64,000 bases of DNA from an uncultured Saprospiraceae bacterium (GTDB lineage: Bacteria; Bacteroidota; Bacteroidia; Chitinophagales; Saprospiraceae): the NCBI GenBank assembly GCA_964616755.1, contig CAZTSI010000012.1, positions 9,428 through 73,427 of the forward strand, written 5' to 3'. Position numbers and translations under genes: made by a program. Below the pieces are notes generated by a model. The model was given only the letters and a program-made list of their open reading frames with translations, made no database searches and was not told the origin of the DNA. Below, in pieces: positions 10,344 to 18,978 of this stretch (the first letter of the stretch is position 1; the number at the start of each line of letters is the position of its first letter).

Positions 10344-11330
10344 ATGAAGCGTCACAAGTACGTATTCAATCCTAACACCCTTACTTATGAGCGCGAAAAA
10401 AGTTCATTTAGTAAATTTGCTAAAAAGGCCTTTGGCTATATGTCAGCCGTCCTTTTTACATCTGCCGTATTGTTTGGGCTAGCCTATAACTTCTTTCCTA
10501 CCCCCAAAGAGAAGGCACTCATGAGAGATGTGAGTCAAATGGAGTATTACTATAACGACTTGCTCAATGAGTTAGAAGAAGTGACAGGCAAGGTAGAAGG
10601 TTTGCAAGAAAAAGATAAATCTGTTCATAGAGTTGTCTTCGGAGTAGATCCGATTGATGAAGGTATTTGGAGTGGTGGTACAGGAGGGCGCGAAAGCATC
10701 TTGCGGTTAAGAAATCATGAAAACGCAGAAAAATTGCTTAGCGCGTCTATAGCCAAATTAGATCAATTGCGCCATAAAGTTGACCTTCAAAATGAATCGC
10801 TTGACACTTTAATGTCGCTTGCTAAAACACATGAAGATAAAATTGCGTCAATCCCTTCAATAAAACCCGTAAGAGAAGATAAACTTGCACGCAATGTGCA
10901 CTTACTTTCTGGGTATGGCATGCGCATTCACCCCGTACATAAGATACGCAAAATGCATCATGGATTAGACTTTACAGCGCCTAAAGGCACTGCCATACAG
11001 GCCACAGGTAAAGGAAAAGTGATCAAAGTAGAAAAGAGTAGAAAAGGTTATGGCAATAGTGTACTAATCGATCATGGATACGGATTTACGACACTCTATG
11101 CACATATGGAGTCTGTCGATGTACGCGTAGGCCAAAAAGTAATTAAAGGTGAGAAAATTGGTACTGTGGGTTCTACAGGCACCTCTACCGCACCGCATTT
11201 GCATTATGAGATACGCATCAATAATACGCCGGTAGACCCGATAGATTTCTGTTTAGACGGTCTGACACCAGCTGAATATCAGCGATTAGTAGATGAATCG
11301 CGAGTGGAAAACCAGTCGTTGGACTACTAA
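10344..11330 (+). CDS. M23-family metallopeptidase (membrane anchored, coiled-coil N-terminal region)
   Basis: HHGLDFTAPKGTAIQA and TAPHLHYEI motifs of the LytM/M23 domain. One N-terminal TM helix. Confidence 0.9.
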   Translation: MKRHKYVFNPNTLTYEREKSSFSKFAKKAFGYMSAVLFTSAVLFGLAYNFFPTPKEKALMRDVSQMEYYYNDLLNELEEVTGKVEGLQEKDKSVHRVVFGVDPIDEGIWSGGTGGRESILRLRNHENAEKLLSASIAKLDQLRHKVDLQNESLDTLMSLAKTHEDKIASIPSIKPVREDKLARNVHLLSGYGMRIHPVHKIRKMHHGLDFTAPKGTAIQATGKGKVIKVEKSRKGYGNSVLIDHGYGFTTLYAHMESVDVRVGQKVIKGEKIGTVGSTGTSTAPHLHYEIRINNTPVDPIDFCLDGLTPAEYQRLVDESRVENQSLDY

Positions 11331-11690
11331 TAGAATGCATTCTTTGCGTCGATTTGATAGTAGCGAGAATTTCATTTTATTCGCATTTTCGGTCAATGGG
11401 ACGTACTCTTTACGAGAAGTCAATTGCCAAGCTTAGGACGGTTTATTGAGTTTAAAAAATGCACATACGAAAGTGTAGGTAGGGGTAAGTAAAACGAATG
11501 TCCGTAATGTTGACTCCTCACAGTACAAAAAAACAAAATCTTATACCAACACTATCTTTGAATATTTTCTGAGCTCATATTTAGCGTATAAATTCTAGAG
11601 GATTGAACACACCATATTCAAAATTATTACACATTTCTTAGCACTAATAATACACAATAATTACAGGAACGCGAACCAAGAAAAACCGTA

Positions 11691-12839
11691 CTATTTTTCA
11701 ATTTGTCCTATTAATAACACCGTCCCTTCTTTGGATTCTAAAAGATCATTTACTGGAATAGCTATAAATCGATTAATATCTAGTTGAGTCAATACCCTCG
11801 ATACGCCATATGGCAGAGAAATATCTTCAGACACTCCTGTGCTCAAGTCAAATTTAAAAAGCCTAAAATTTAGATGGCTATAAAATTCGGTAGGAACTCG
11901 ATCATATATCGGAGTATTGGCTAATGAATTATCGATAATATATTGCTCCTTTAATGGAGCATTATAGTTGACAAATACGGTATTATCGACGATAAACATC
12001 TCATTAATAGAAGGTCCAAATATTAAAGACTCCATAAGTGGAAATTTCTTCAATTCATGAAAAGTCGTTGGATTCCAATTATGTAAGGTCAGTAGAAAAC
12101 TAGTGTCATAACTTACATGATTTTTATGCACATCATACAAGTGAATATGATTATCCGGAGAAATGATTAGGACTAGCTTGTTGCCAATCTTCATAAATAC
12201 TGGCTTAAACCCGGGAAAGAAATGTTGATCGATAGGCAATTGGTAAAAAATAGACTGTTTTGGTATTTCACAGACATGACTGAGCATTGTGTCACCATCC
12301 ATCATCTGATTCAATACCGTAACTCCATCATAGTTGGCATAATCCATAATGCCCATTAGATTCAACATTTTAGAACCGCGCATGCTAAAGATGTAAGATC
12401 TCATTTGCTCATCACCAAATGATAACAATCCGTCTATAAATGGAATGACCGCTTCGCCCCTGATCGACGCCCTCTTTTCAATTTTATCTTTTGTGATCGA
12501 AAAAATTCCATGTTGCCCAACTAATAGAACTTCGCCATCCCCCACTCCTTTTGATTGAATTGCACCAATGGTATCACGAAGGATAGACCATTCATCCACT
12601 TTCAATTTTTTATTTACATCATAGAGATAAAAATAATCATTGGTTGAATTACTAAAAAATAACGAATCCCCCTTTCGATCTATATACTTTAAATCATTGG
12701 CATCAAGCAGTATTGTGTCGGTTACTACCATTTTTGAAGACAATACTATACTATCGGAATCTAAGGTGGATTCGCTACAACTTAATACTAAAATTGCACT
12801 AAAAAACCAAAGCAATTTATCTTTCAACTTACAACTCAT
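11691..12839 (-). CDS. lipoprotein, probably beta-propeller-like (DUF4221 / TolB-like family assignment tentative)
   Basis: ATG at 12839 gives MSCKLKDKLLWFFSAILVLSCSE, a lipobox ending in Cys. Its ATG overlaps the TGA of the upstream mini-ORF (caATGAgt). The 382-aa body is beta-rich with repeated hydrophobic-strand motifs. The family call is from memory only. Confidence 0.7.
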   Translation of the reverse strand: MSCKLKDKLLWFFSAILVLSCSESTLDSDSIVLSSKMVVTDTILLDANDLKYIDRKGDSLFFSNSTNDYFYLYDVNKKLKVDEWSILRDTIGAIQSKGVGDGEVLLVGQHGIFSITKDKIEKRASIRGEAVIPFIDGLLSFGDEQMRSYIFSMRGSKMLNLMGIMDYANYDGVTVLNQMMDGDTMLSHVCEIPKQSIFYQLPIDQHFFPGFKPVFMKIGNKLVLIISPDNHIHLYDVHKNHVSYDTSFLLTLHNWNPTTFHELKKFPLMESLIFGPSINEMFIVDNTVFVNYNAPLKEQYIIDNSLANTPIYDRVPTEFYSHLNFRLFKFDLSTGVSEDISLPYGVSRVLTQLDINRFIAIPVNDLLESKEGTVLLIGQIEK

Positions 12840-13090
12840 TGAGAAGGTGGACAAACACAACATATTCCGTTAAGTATCCAAAAAGTAGGACAATAAGTGA
12901 TATACTGACCATTTTTAACTCCTGTAAACGAGCCATACTGTGTACATGATCCACAATTGGCGTTTAAAAACGAAGAGCTAAATACAAGCACAACAACAAT
13001 CAATGTTTTAAAAAAATTTTTAATAAAATTATATATTGGTGAGGACAGCAATTTTAAAAAAAAAATCACCCCCCCAACAATAATAATCAT
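12836..13090 (-). CDS. cysteine-rich exported mini-protein (hypothetical)
   Basis: 84 codons. Signal-peptide-like KNFFKTLIVVVLVFSSSFLNA, then a 41-aa tail with 6 Cys: NCGSCTQYGSFTGVKNGQYITYCPTFWILNGICCVCPPSQ. The stop is coupled to the lipoprotein start by an ATGA overlap. The start is uncertain: ATG 13090 or TTG 13051. Confidence 0.55.
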   Translation of the reverse strand: MIIIVGGVIFFLKLLSSPIYNFIKNFFKTLIVVVLVFSSSFLNANCGSCTQYGSFTGVKNGQYITYCPTFWILNGICCVCPPSQ

Positions 13091-13147
13091 TTTAACATAT
13101 AATTAACGATATTTTTATGAAGTTGAATCATTTTTGAAACCTAATAG

Positions 13148-14164
13148 CTAGCGCAATCCATTCTTGAATTGTCCCCAAAAACTAGATGGAAAACGATCTA
13201 CTTCCTCAAAGCCCAATTTTATATCTTTACCATCCGCCGGGACATATGCCTGACCAAATAAATAGTCCCAAATAGCTAAAGTCAATCCAAAGTTTACGCC
13301 ATACGGTTTATCCGTAGGCATCTTATCCGCATGATGCCAAATATGCATTTCTGGGCTATTAAATACCTTCCTCATCAATGGGCCAAATAAGAATATTCCT
13401 ATACTAATGAATAGCCCAATCAATCCAAAAGCTGTCCAACTTCCCATCTCTGCATTAACAACCTGCGTATCCCATAATCCGAAGGCAATCACAACACCTA
13501 TTAACCCACCTAGTATACCACCCGTCACACGACCACTCACGGTAATATTACTATGATTAAAGTGACCCCATGCAAGCGTAAAAAGATGAATAATAAAAAA
13601 ATCATACAAACCAATCCCCAAAAGCGCTAACGGGATATATTCTATCGTCCGATACACTACGGTCTCCATCCAATGGTAGCGCAAATGAGCGGCAAATCCC
13701 ATCTCTTGCACTGAATGATGCACCTTATGAAACTCCCAAAGACGCGGCACGAAATGTAGCAGACGGTGAGTCCACCATTGGATAAAATCCCGCACCACAA
13801 ATCCTGTCAGTAAGATAGCCCACATAGGCCACCCATTCATCGGATTTATCGATTCAAGGTTGATACCGACGACGCCTATCACTAAACCGTTAACCCAATG
13901 CGTCACAAGATCGGAAGCTGCATTGTAGATGATCAATGAAAAAAGAAAAAAATTGAAGAACATATAGAAAAAATCCAACCAAAAATCCTTTCGAAAGATT
14001 GGCTGCTCAGGTCGCCATGGCTTCCAAAGTTCTAAGGCAAAAAAGAAAAGAGACACTCCTATTAGCCAATAAAAATAATTACCCCAATGCGGCTGTGTTA
14101 TCTCCGACCATAGATATCCTGCGTAGTCTGAATATGCCTTAGCAATTATGTCCAATACTTCCAT
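13148..14164 (-). CDS. fatty acid hydroxylase / sterol desaturase-family membrane protein
   Basis: Histidine boxes HRLLH, HKVHHS and WHHAD in a polytopic membrane protein. I chose the ATG at 14164 (MEVLDII...). The longer track ORF runs antisense through the tRNA gene. Confidence 0.85.
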   Translation of the reverse strand: MEVLDIIAKAYSDYAGYLWSEITQPHWGNYFYWLIGVSLFFFALELWKPWRPEQPIFRKDFWLDFFYMFFNFFLFSLIIYNAASDLVTHWVNGLVIGVVGINLESINPMNGWPMWAILLTGFVVRDFIQWWTHRLLHFVPRLWEFHKVHHSVQEMGFAAHLRYHWMETVVYRTIEYIPLALLGIGLYDFFIIHLFTLAWGHFNHSNITVSGRVTGGILGGLIGVVIAFGLWDTQVVNAEMGSWTAFGLIGLFISIGIFLFGPLMRKVFNSPEMHIWHHADKMPTDKPYGVNFGLTLAIWDYLFGQAYVPADGKDIKLGFEEVDRFPSSFWGQFKNGLR

Positions 14165-14292
14165 GTTCTCTATTTCACTTGTTAAAATAACCAACTTTTG
14201 AAGAATTAGATCGTAGAATACAAATATTTTATTCATACAGTATTTGATAATCAATTGATTAAAAATACCTTTGCAGCCCAAATAAGGGCAAC

Positions 14293-14366
14293 GGCCTCGT
14301 AGCTCAGCTGGATAGAGCAACTGACTTCTAATCAGTAGGTCTCAGGTTCGAATCCTGACGGGGTCA
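14293..14366 (+). tRNA. tRNA-Arg (anticodon TCT)
   Basis: I folded the cloverleaf by hand. Acceptor GGCCTCG/CGGGGTC. D arm GCTC-AGCTGGATA-GAGC. Anticodon arm ACTGA-CTTCTAA-TCAGT. T arm TCAGG-TTCGAAT-CCTGA. Discriminator A. No CCA is encoded. Confidence 0.93.
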
Positions 14367-14383
14367 CATAAAATTAGTTCAAA

Positions 14384-14420
14384 CCTCTGTAAATCAATAG
14401 TTTACAGAGGTTTTCTTTTT
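14384..14420 (+). terminator. intrinsic terminator after tRNA-Arg
   Basis: Perfect 10-bp stem CCTCTGTAAA / TTTACAGAGG with a 7-nt loop, followed by TTTTCTTTTT. Confidence 0.75.
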
Positions 14421-14512
14421 GCACTATGCCCATCATTCTTTCGAAAATATAGAGAATATGTAACGATATGTGGCAGTTTTCACTCTATAATGAAAAGGCC
14501 TTCGGGCTCAGT

Positions 14513-14866
14513 ATGGCCTACGATACGCCTATAGCCTCGCTTATTAGAAGCTACTTGGAGCAATTCCCACATCTTTCAATAGAGGATAAGGCGATGATTA
14601 GTGGGCTTTGCTTTCTTGTCAATGACAAAATGTGCATCCATGTCAGTGGCGAACGGCTAATTTGCTGATATGAGCTTGACCGCGCAGCTGAAATACTCAA
14701 AATGGAAGGCGTTGACACTCTGATAATGTGCGGCAAAGAGATATAGGTATATTGCTCTGTCTAAACAATCGAGATTTCCGACAATCACGCGTTGCAATAT
14801 CGGATCAATCTATATCTAGTCTTTACCCCCTTCCCGGCATCGTTTGACAAAAAGTTGAAGAAATAA
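14513..14866 (+). pseudogene. TfoX N-terminal-domain-like gene inactivated by three in-frame stop codons
   Basis: MAYDTPIASLIRSYLEQFPHLSIEDKAMISGLCFLVNDKMCIHV resembles the TfoX_N core (kkMFGGlaFmvngkM). The same frame continues as protein-like sequence through TGA (14666), TAG and TAA, ending at ...LQYRINLYLVFTPFPASFDKKLKK. Confidence 0.5.
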
Positions 14867-14958
14867 AGATTCTCGTTCAGACATTTTCTTCAATAATATA
14901 TTCTAATCGGCCGAATTCTAAGCACATTTAAATCAAAAGAAGCGCTCTGAACTTTTTT

Positions 14959-15180
14959 TTAAGTGACCCCACCTATATCTGCTACATATTCCAAAATATC
15001 ACCGGGTTGACAGTCCAAGGCTTGACAAATCGCTTCGAGTGTACTAAATCGAATGGCTTTTGCCTTGCCTGTCTTGAGAATACTGAGATTAGAAAGACTA
15101 ATATTCACTCTTTCAGATAGTTCGTTGAGCGATACTTTGCGTCGAGCCATCATGACATCCACATTAACGATTATCGCCAT
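14959..15180 (-). CDS. XRE-type helix-turn-helix transcriptional regulator (YozG-like, about 70 aa)
   Basis: MARRKVSLNELSERVNISLSNLSILKTGKAKAIRFSTLEAICQALDCQPGDILEY is the typical short HTH_26/YozG architecture. It lies 3 nt downstream of a polytopic membrane protein gene. Confidence 0.85.
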   Translation of the reverse strand: MAIIVNVDVMMARRKVSLNELSERVNISLSNLSILKTGKAKAIRFSTLEAICQALDCQPGDILEYVADIGGVT

Positions 15181-15183
15181 TTT

Positions 15184-15711
15184 TCAAATAGTTAGTTGGT
15201 TTTCTAATTGCACTATACGCCCACTTAGCAATATCCGTATGATAAAATGAATGATCGCCGCGAAAAGTAACAATTCACTTGGCCCCCAATCTATAGGTAT
15301 GACAATATTAAATTTGTTCAGCCATTTGGCATACCCATACCCAAATACCGAAACGACACTGGCAAAAATAGACAGACGTAAAATAGTTTGGATCGGTGGA
15401 ATCAAATCTCCATTGAAGGGATCGATCATCTTCAACTTTTGTGAACTCACAATGACCCAATAGGCCATATATGCTTTCAAGGACATTAATGCAATTAGCA
15501 AAATAGTAATGATACAATAATGGATCATACTAACGTCCCTGACTAAGGCCAAATTAAGCCCCATATATAAATCGCTGGCGGCAACAGGGTTAATAAATAA
15601 GCTTACCAAAAACGAATACAAAATAGTACCCGTTTGGATACAAAGTCCAATAAAAACACAGTAGATCAAGATTCGCATGATTACCGTAATTCTTTCAGAT
15701 AACATATTCAT
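15184..15711 (-). CDS. polytopic membrane protein, DUF2975-like
   Basis: 4-5 predicted TM helices. It sits immediately upstream of the YozG-like HTH gene, which is the usual DUF2975 + HTH pairing. I chose the ATG at 15711; the track start at 15732 is TTG. Confidence 0.6.
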   Translation of the reverse strand: MNMLSERITVIMRILIYCVFIGLCIQTGTILYSFLVSLFINPVAASDLYMGLNLALVRDVSMIHYCIITILLIALMSLKAYMAYWVIVSSQKLKMIDPFNGDLIPPIQTILRLSIFASVVSVFGYGYAKWLNKFNIVIPIDWGPSELLLFAAIIHFIIRILLSGRIVQLENQLTI

Positions 15712-16053
15712 AGCCAGATTAATTTTTAGCAAATATAACTAATATTTTATTGTTTAGCAATATTTTTTTTTCGATTAATGAAATTGATATGAACTTTTGA
15801 TCCTTACAATAAAATTAATCCTCTATACGATAGCACGAGCCATGAATAAATAAAAATCAACAACCCGCAATTAAGACAATACTTATGGACGCTGTTCGCA
15901 GGCGCATCATCGACTAAGTACCCCTCATAATCAATTAGCGCTGAATGCCATGCTTCCTTAATTCAGAAAAGAACATTCACAAAAGATTATTCGCTATAAA
16001 CACAATCTCATTTTTTTTATGCACCTTAGTCGCTGTACTATAATGCCGCACGT

Positions 16054-17358
16054 ATGCTCATATTGTCTGCCATCCTCGGCATCCTTATCTTAATCCTTCT
16101 TGTTGCATGGTTCAAGTTGGATACCTTTATTTCCTTCATAATAGTGTGTTTGCTGGTAGGTTTAAGCAATGGACTTTCCTTGACCCAAACAGTAGAAGCC
16201 ATCCAAAAAGGTATTGGCAGCACTCTCAGTTCCTTAACGATGATTTTAGTTTTTGGGGCCATGCTAGGTAAATTAGTAGCTGAAAGCGGTGCCGCCAAAC
16301 TGATCACTGAGCGACTCGTTTCGGCTTTTGGCATTAAAAACATTCAGCTTGCGCTAATTTTGACAGGATTCATTGTAGGGATTCCCATGTTTTACACCGT
16401 AGGTTTCGTTATTCTTGTACCGCTCGTTATCGCCATTGCCCACAACACGAAACTGCCTTTGCTCTATATCGGTCTGCCTATGCTCGCCTCCTTATCAGTG
16501 ACCCACGGATTCTTGCCCCCTCATCCTGCCCCTACAGCCATCGCCGAACTTTATGGGGCTGATATGGGGCTAACCTTGATGTATGGAATCCTTGTCGGCA
16601 TTCCGGCCATCATATCCGCAAAGTTCTTCCTCTCTGGCACTATGAAACGTATTCAACCGACCTTGCTCAAAGACTATATTGTCGAACAAAACACTTCATT
16701 TCCTACTCCGCCTCTGGCCATTTGTTTATTCGTTGCTTCTTTACCTGTTCTATTGATAGGAGTAATTTCTTTACTGGCTAAGTTTTATATTTTGCCTTTA
16801 TGGTTAATTGGCTTAGGAGAACCCGCAATTGCTATGCTTCTTGCAGTTTTGGCTGCTATCTATTTCTTAGGGATACGCACAGGCAGGCGGTCCGAGCAAG
16901 TGATGGGCGTATTACCTAATGCCATTACAAGTGTGGCGGTGGTATTGCTCATAATAGCTGGAGCAGGTGCCTTTAAAGAAGTAATGGTAGCTACTGGAGT
17001 CAGTGATATGATTGGACAGCGATTAGGCAGTCTTGGTATGTCACCTATTCTTTTGGCTTGGTTGATTGCTGCATTAATACGCATCAGTGTTGGCAGTGCT
17101 ACTGTAGCCGCCTTGACGGGGGGAAGTATCATGGCACCCATGATTGCAAGTTCTGGAGTAGCGCCTGAGCTTTTGGTGCTGGCCACTGGTGCGGGCAGCA
17201 TAACCCTTTCGCATATCAACGATGGTGGCTTTTGGCTTTTCAAAGAATACTTCAATGTCACGATTAAAGAGACCTTGCTTTCTTGGACCCTCATGGAGAC
17301 AACCGTATCAATTGTAGGCTTAATTGGCACGTATATCCTTCATTTAATTATATCTTAG
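16054..17358 (+). CDS. GntP-family (gluconate:H+ symporter-type) permease
   Basis: 434 aa and about 12 TM helices. The N-terminus and GFIVGIPMFYTVGFVILVPL / GAGAFKEVM motifs are typical of the GntP family. Confidence 0.85.
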   Translation: MLILSAILGILILILLVAWFKLDTFISFIIVCLLVGLSNGLSLTQTVEAIQKGIGSTLSSLTMILVFGAMLGKLVAESGAAKLITERLVSAFGIKNIQLALILTGFIVGIPMFYTVGFVILVPLVIAIAHNTKLPLLYIGLPMLASLSVTHGFLPPHPAPTAIAELYGADMGLTLMYGILVGIPAIISAKFFLSGTMKRIQPTLLKDYIVEQNTSFPTPPLAICLFVASLPVLLIGVISLLAKFYILPLWLIGLGEPAIAMLLAVLAAIYFLGIRTGRRSEQVMGVLPNAITSVAVVLLIIAGAGAFKEVMVATGVSDMIGQRLGSLGMSPILLAWLIAALIRISVGSATVAALTGGSIMAPMIASSGVAPELLVLATGAGSITLSHINDGGFWLFKEYFNVTIKETLLSWTLMETTVSIVGLIGTYILHLIIS

Positions 17359-17387
17359 TTATTTCTAATCATTCAAATAACCTCTCT

Positions 17388-17846
17388 ATGAGCTTAGCCC
17401 ATCGCCTTAGCGAACTAAAGATTCTTCTTCCTCCTCCACCGCCATTAGGTGGAATTTATAAGCCTGTGGTGGTCATCGATAAGATCATGTATGTCTCTGG
17501 ACAAGGTCCCTTGTGCAATGATGGCTCCTTAATTAAGGGACGCGTAGGCGAAGATTTAACCCTTGAAGAAGGTTTTGCAGCAGCCAGGCAAGTAGGATTG
17601 ACAATGCTCTCTACGATTCAAGATCAGATCGGTGATCTAAATAAAGTTAAGCGACTTATAAAAACTCTAGGCATGGTCAATAGCTCTATGACATTTTTTG
17701 ACCATCCGAAAGTGATCAATGGCTATAGCGAATTAATGGTAGAACTCTTAGGTGATGATGCAGGAAAAGGAGCTAGAAGCGCTGTAGGCATGATACTGCC
17801 TGGTAATATTGCCGTCGAAATTGAGGCTATTTTTGAATTGTATTGA
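17388..17846 (+). CDS. RidA/YjgF-family enamine/imine deaminase
   Basis: YKPVVVIDKIMYVSGQGP with a C-terminal ...GNIAVEIEAIFEL. 152 aa from the ATG at 17388. The upstream extension in the track overlaps gntP. Confidence 0.85.
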   Translation: MSLAHRLSELKILLPPPPPLGGIYKPVVVIDKIMYVSGQGPLCNDGSLIKGRVGEDLTLEEGFAAARQVGLTMLSTIQDQIGDLNKVKRLIKTLGMVNSSMTFFDHPKVINGYSELMVELLGDDAGKGARSAVGMILPGNIAVEIEAIFELY

Positions 17847-17849
17847 CCT

Positions 17850-18956
17850 ATGAAAGACTGGTACAGCATAACTGAGCCTGAAAAGGTCTTGTCCCCTTGC
17901 CTTCTGTTTTATCCAGAGCGCATACTCCAAAATATCCAATCGATGATAGCCATTGCTGGATCTGTAGAAAGATTACGCCCACATATAAAAACCTATAAAT
18001 GCAAGGAAATCATTCAACTTCAAGTAGATGCAGGAATTACCAAATTTAAATGCGCCACTTTTACAGAGGCGGCTCTGTTAGCTGATCAAGGCGTAAAAGA
18101 TATACTCATCGCTTATCCATTGGTCGGACCGAATCAAAGAATTTTCGTTGAATTCATGCATCGCTATCCTGAAATAAAGTTCGCAGCGCTCATTGACAAT
18201 CTGAGCCAAATCGATCATTGGGCGCAGCTAAAACCCGCGAGCATAGATTTATATATTGACGTGAATGTTGGTATGAATCGAACAGGCGCCTACCCTACAG
18301 AGGTCATATCCATCTATAAAGCCATAAAAAATACTCAACAACTTCACTTTCGTGGTTTGCACCTCTATGATGGCCATATTAGAGATACCGACATAGATCA
18401 ACGCACTGCGTGTGTAGATCATGGTTTCAGAGAAATATCAGCTATCATCCCTCAACTTGAGATATTTGAAGATCGGAGTATAGAATTGATATGTGGTGGT
18501 AGTGTCACTTTCCCAATACATGCCAAACATATCGAACGTACCCTGTCGCCAGGAACCACCCTACTGTGGGATCATGGATATCAATCGAAATTTGAGGATA
18601 TACCAATGGTGATTGCAGCCATGTTGATGACCCGAGTTATAAGCAAACCCGAAGAAGGACTGCTTTGCCTAGATTTGGGACACAAGGCTGTTGGCTCGGA
18701 GATGATAGTTGCCCCAGTATTTTTTCCACAAATTCCCGACGCAGAAATTATGGTTCATAGTGAAGAACATCTAGTCATAAAAACAGCTGAGCATTCAAAA
18801 TTCTCCATAGGACAAGAGATTTATGGTATACCCTATCACATCTGCCCGACGGTGGCCCTACATGAGCAAGTGGGTGTTATAAATAATGGTGTGGTATATG
18901 AATATTGGGAGATAAAAGCACGAAAACGTGCACCGAGTTACACTTTGACCAATTAA
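17850..18956 (+). CDS. DSD1 / D-TA-family PLP enzyme (D-serine dehydratase or D-threonine aldolase-like, alanine racemase N-terminal fold)
   Basis: LRPHIKTYKC (PLP-lysine motif of the DSD1 family), GVKDILIAYP, and a C-terminal HxCPT-type motif (IPYHICPTV). Confidence 0.8.
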   Translation: MKDWYSITEPEKVLSPCLLFYPERILQNIQSMIAIAGSVERLRPHIKTYKCKEIIQLQVDAGITKFKCATFTEAALLADQGVKDILIAYPLVGPNQRIFVEFMHRYPEIKFAALIDNLSQIDHWAQLKPASIDLYIDVNVGMNRTGAYPTEVISIYKAIKNTQQLHFRGLHLYDGHIRDTDIDQRTACVDHGFREISAIIPQLEIFEDRSIELICGGSVTFPIHAKHIERTLSPGTTLLWDHGYQSKFEDIPMVIAAMLMTRVISKPEEGLLCLDLGHKAVGSEMIVAPVFFPQIPDAEIMVHSEEHLVIKTAEHSKFSIGQEIYGIPYHICPTVALHEQVGVINNGVVYEYWEIKARKRAPSYTLTN

Positions 18957-18978
18957 ATGACCACAGCAATACTTATCC

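Noticed and set aside
14165-14320. The track ORF 13148-14320 extends the fatty-acid-hydroxylase gene by 52 codons upstream (MLYPAELRGRCPYLGCKG...).
   Set aside because: The extension runs antisense straight through the tRNA-Arg gene (14293-14366), and its sequence is just the reverse translation of the tRNA. The internal ATG at 14164 gives a sensible N-terminus.
14666-14800. The possibility that the in-frame TGA/TAG/TAA in the TfoX-like frame reflect stop-codon recoding.
   Set aside because: All three codons terminate conserved genes in this window at the expected protein lengths (for example alaS, ctaD, thyA, purB), so the standard code applies.
15846-15960. A protein-like minus-strand translation (IKEAWHSALIDYEGYLVDDAPANSV...) in the gap upstream of gntP.
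   Set aside because: It is only about 46 codons, has no start codon and matches no motif I recognise. I could not distinguish it from chance.
16860-17330. Long antisense or off-frame ORFs inside well-supported genes. Examples: 16860-17330, 16038-16343, 23323-23658, 40191-40505, 62122-62628, 61570-61908, 4497-4784, 678-905.
   Set aside because: They are shadow ORFs opposite or overlapping strongly motif-supported genes. Their compositions are biased (Ser/Pro/Ile-rich), and they have no motifs and no independent start context.
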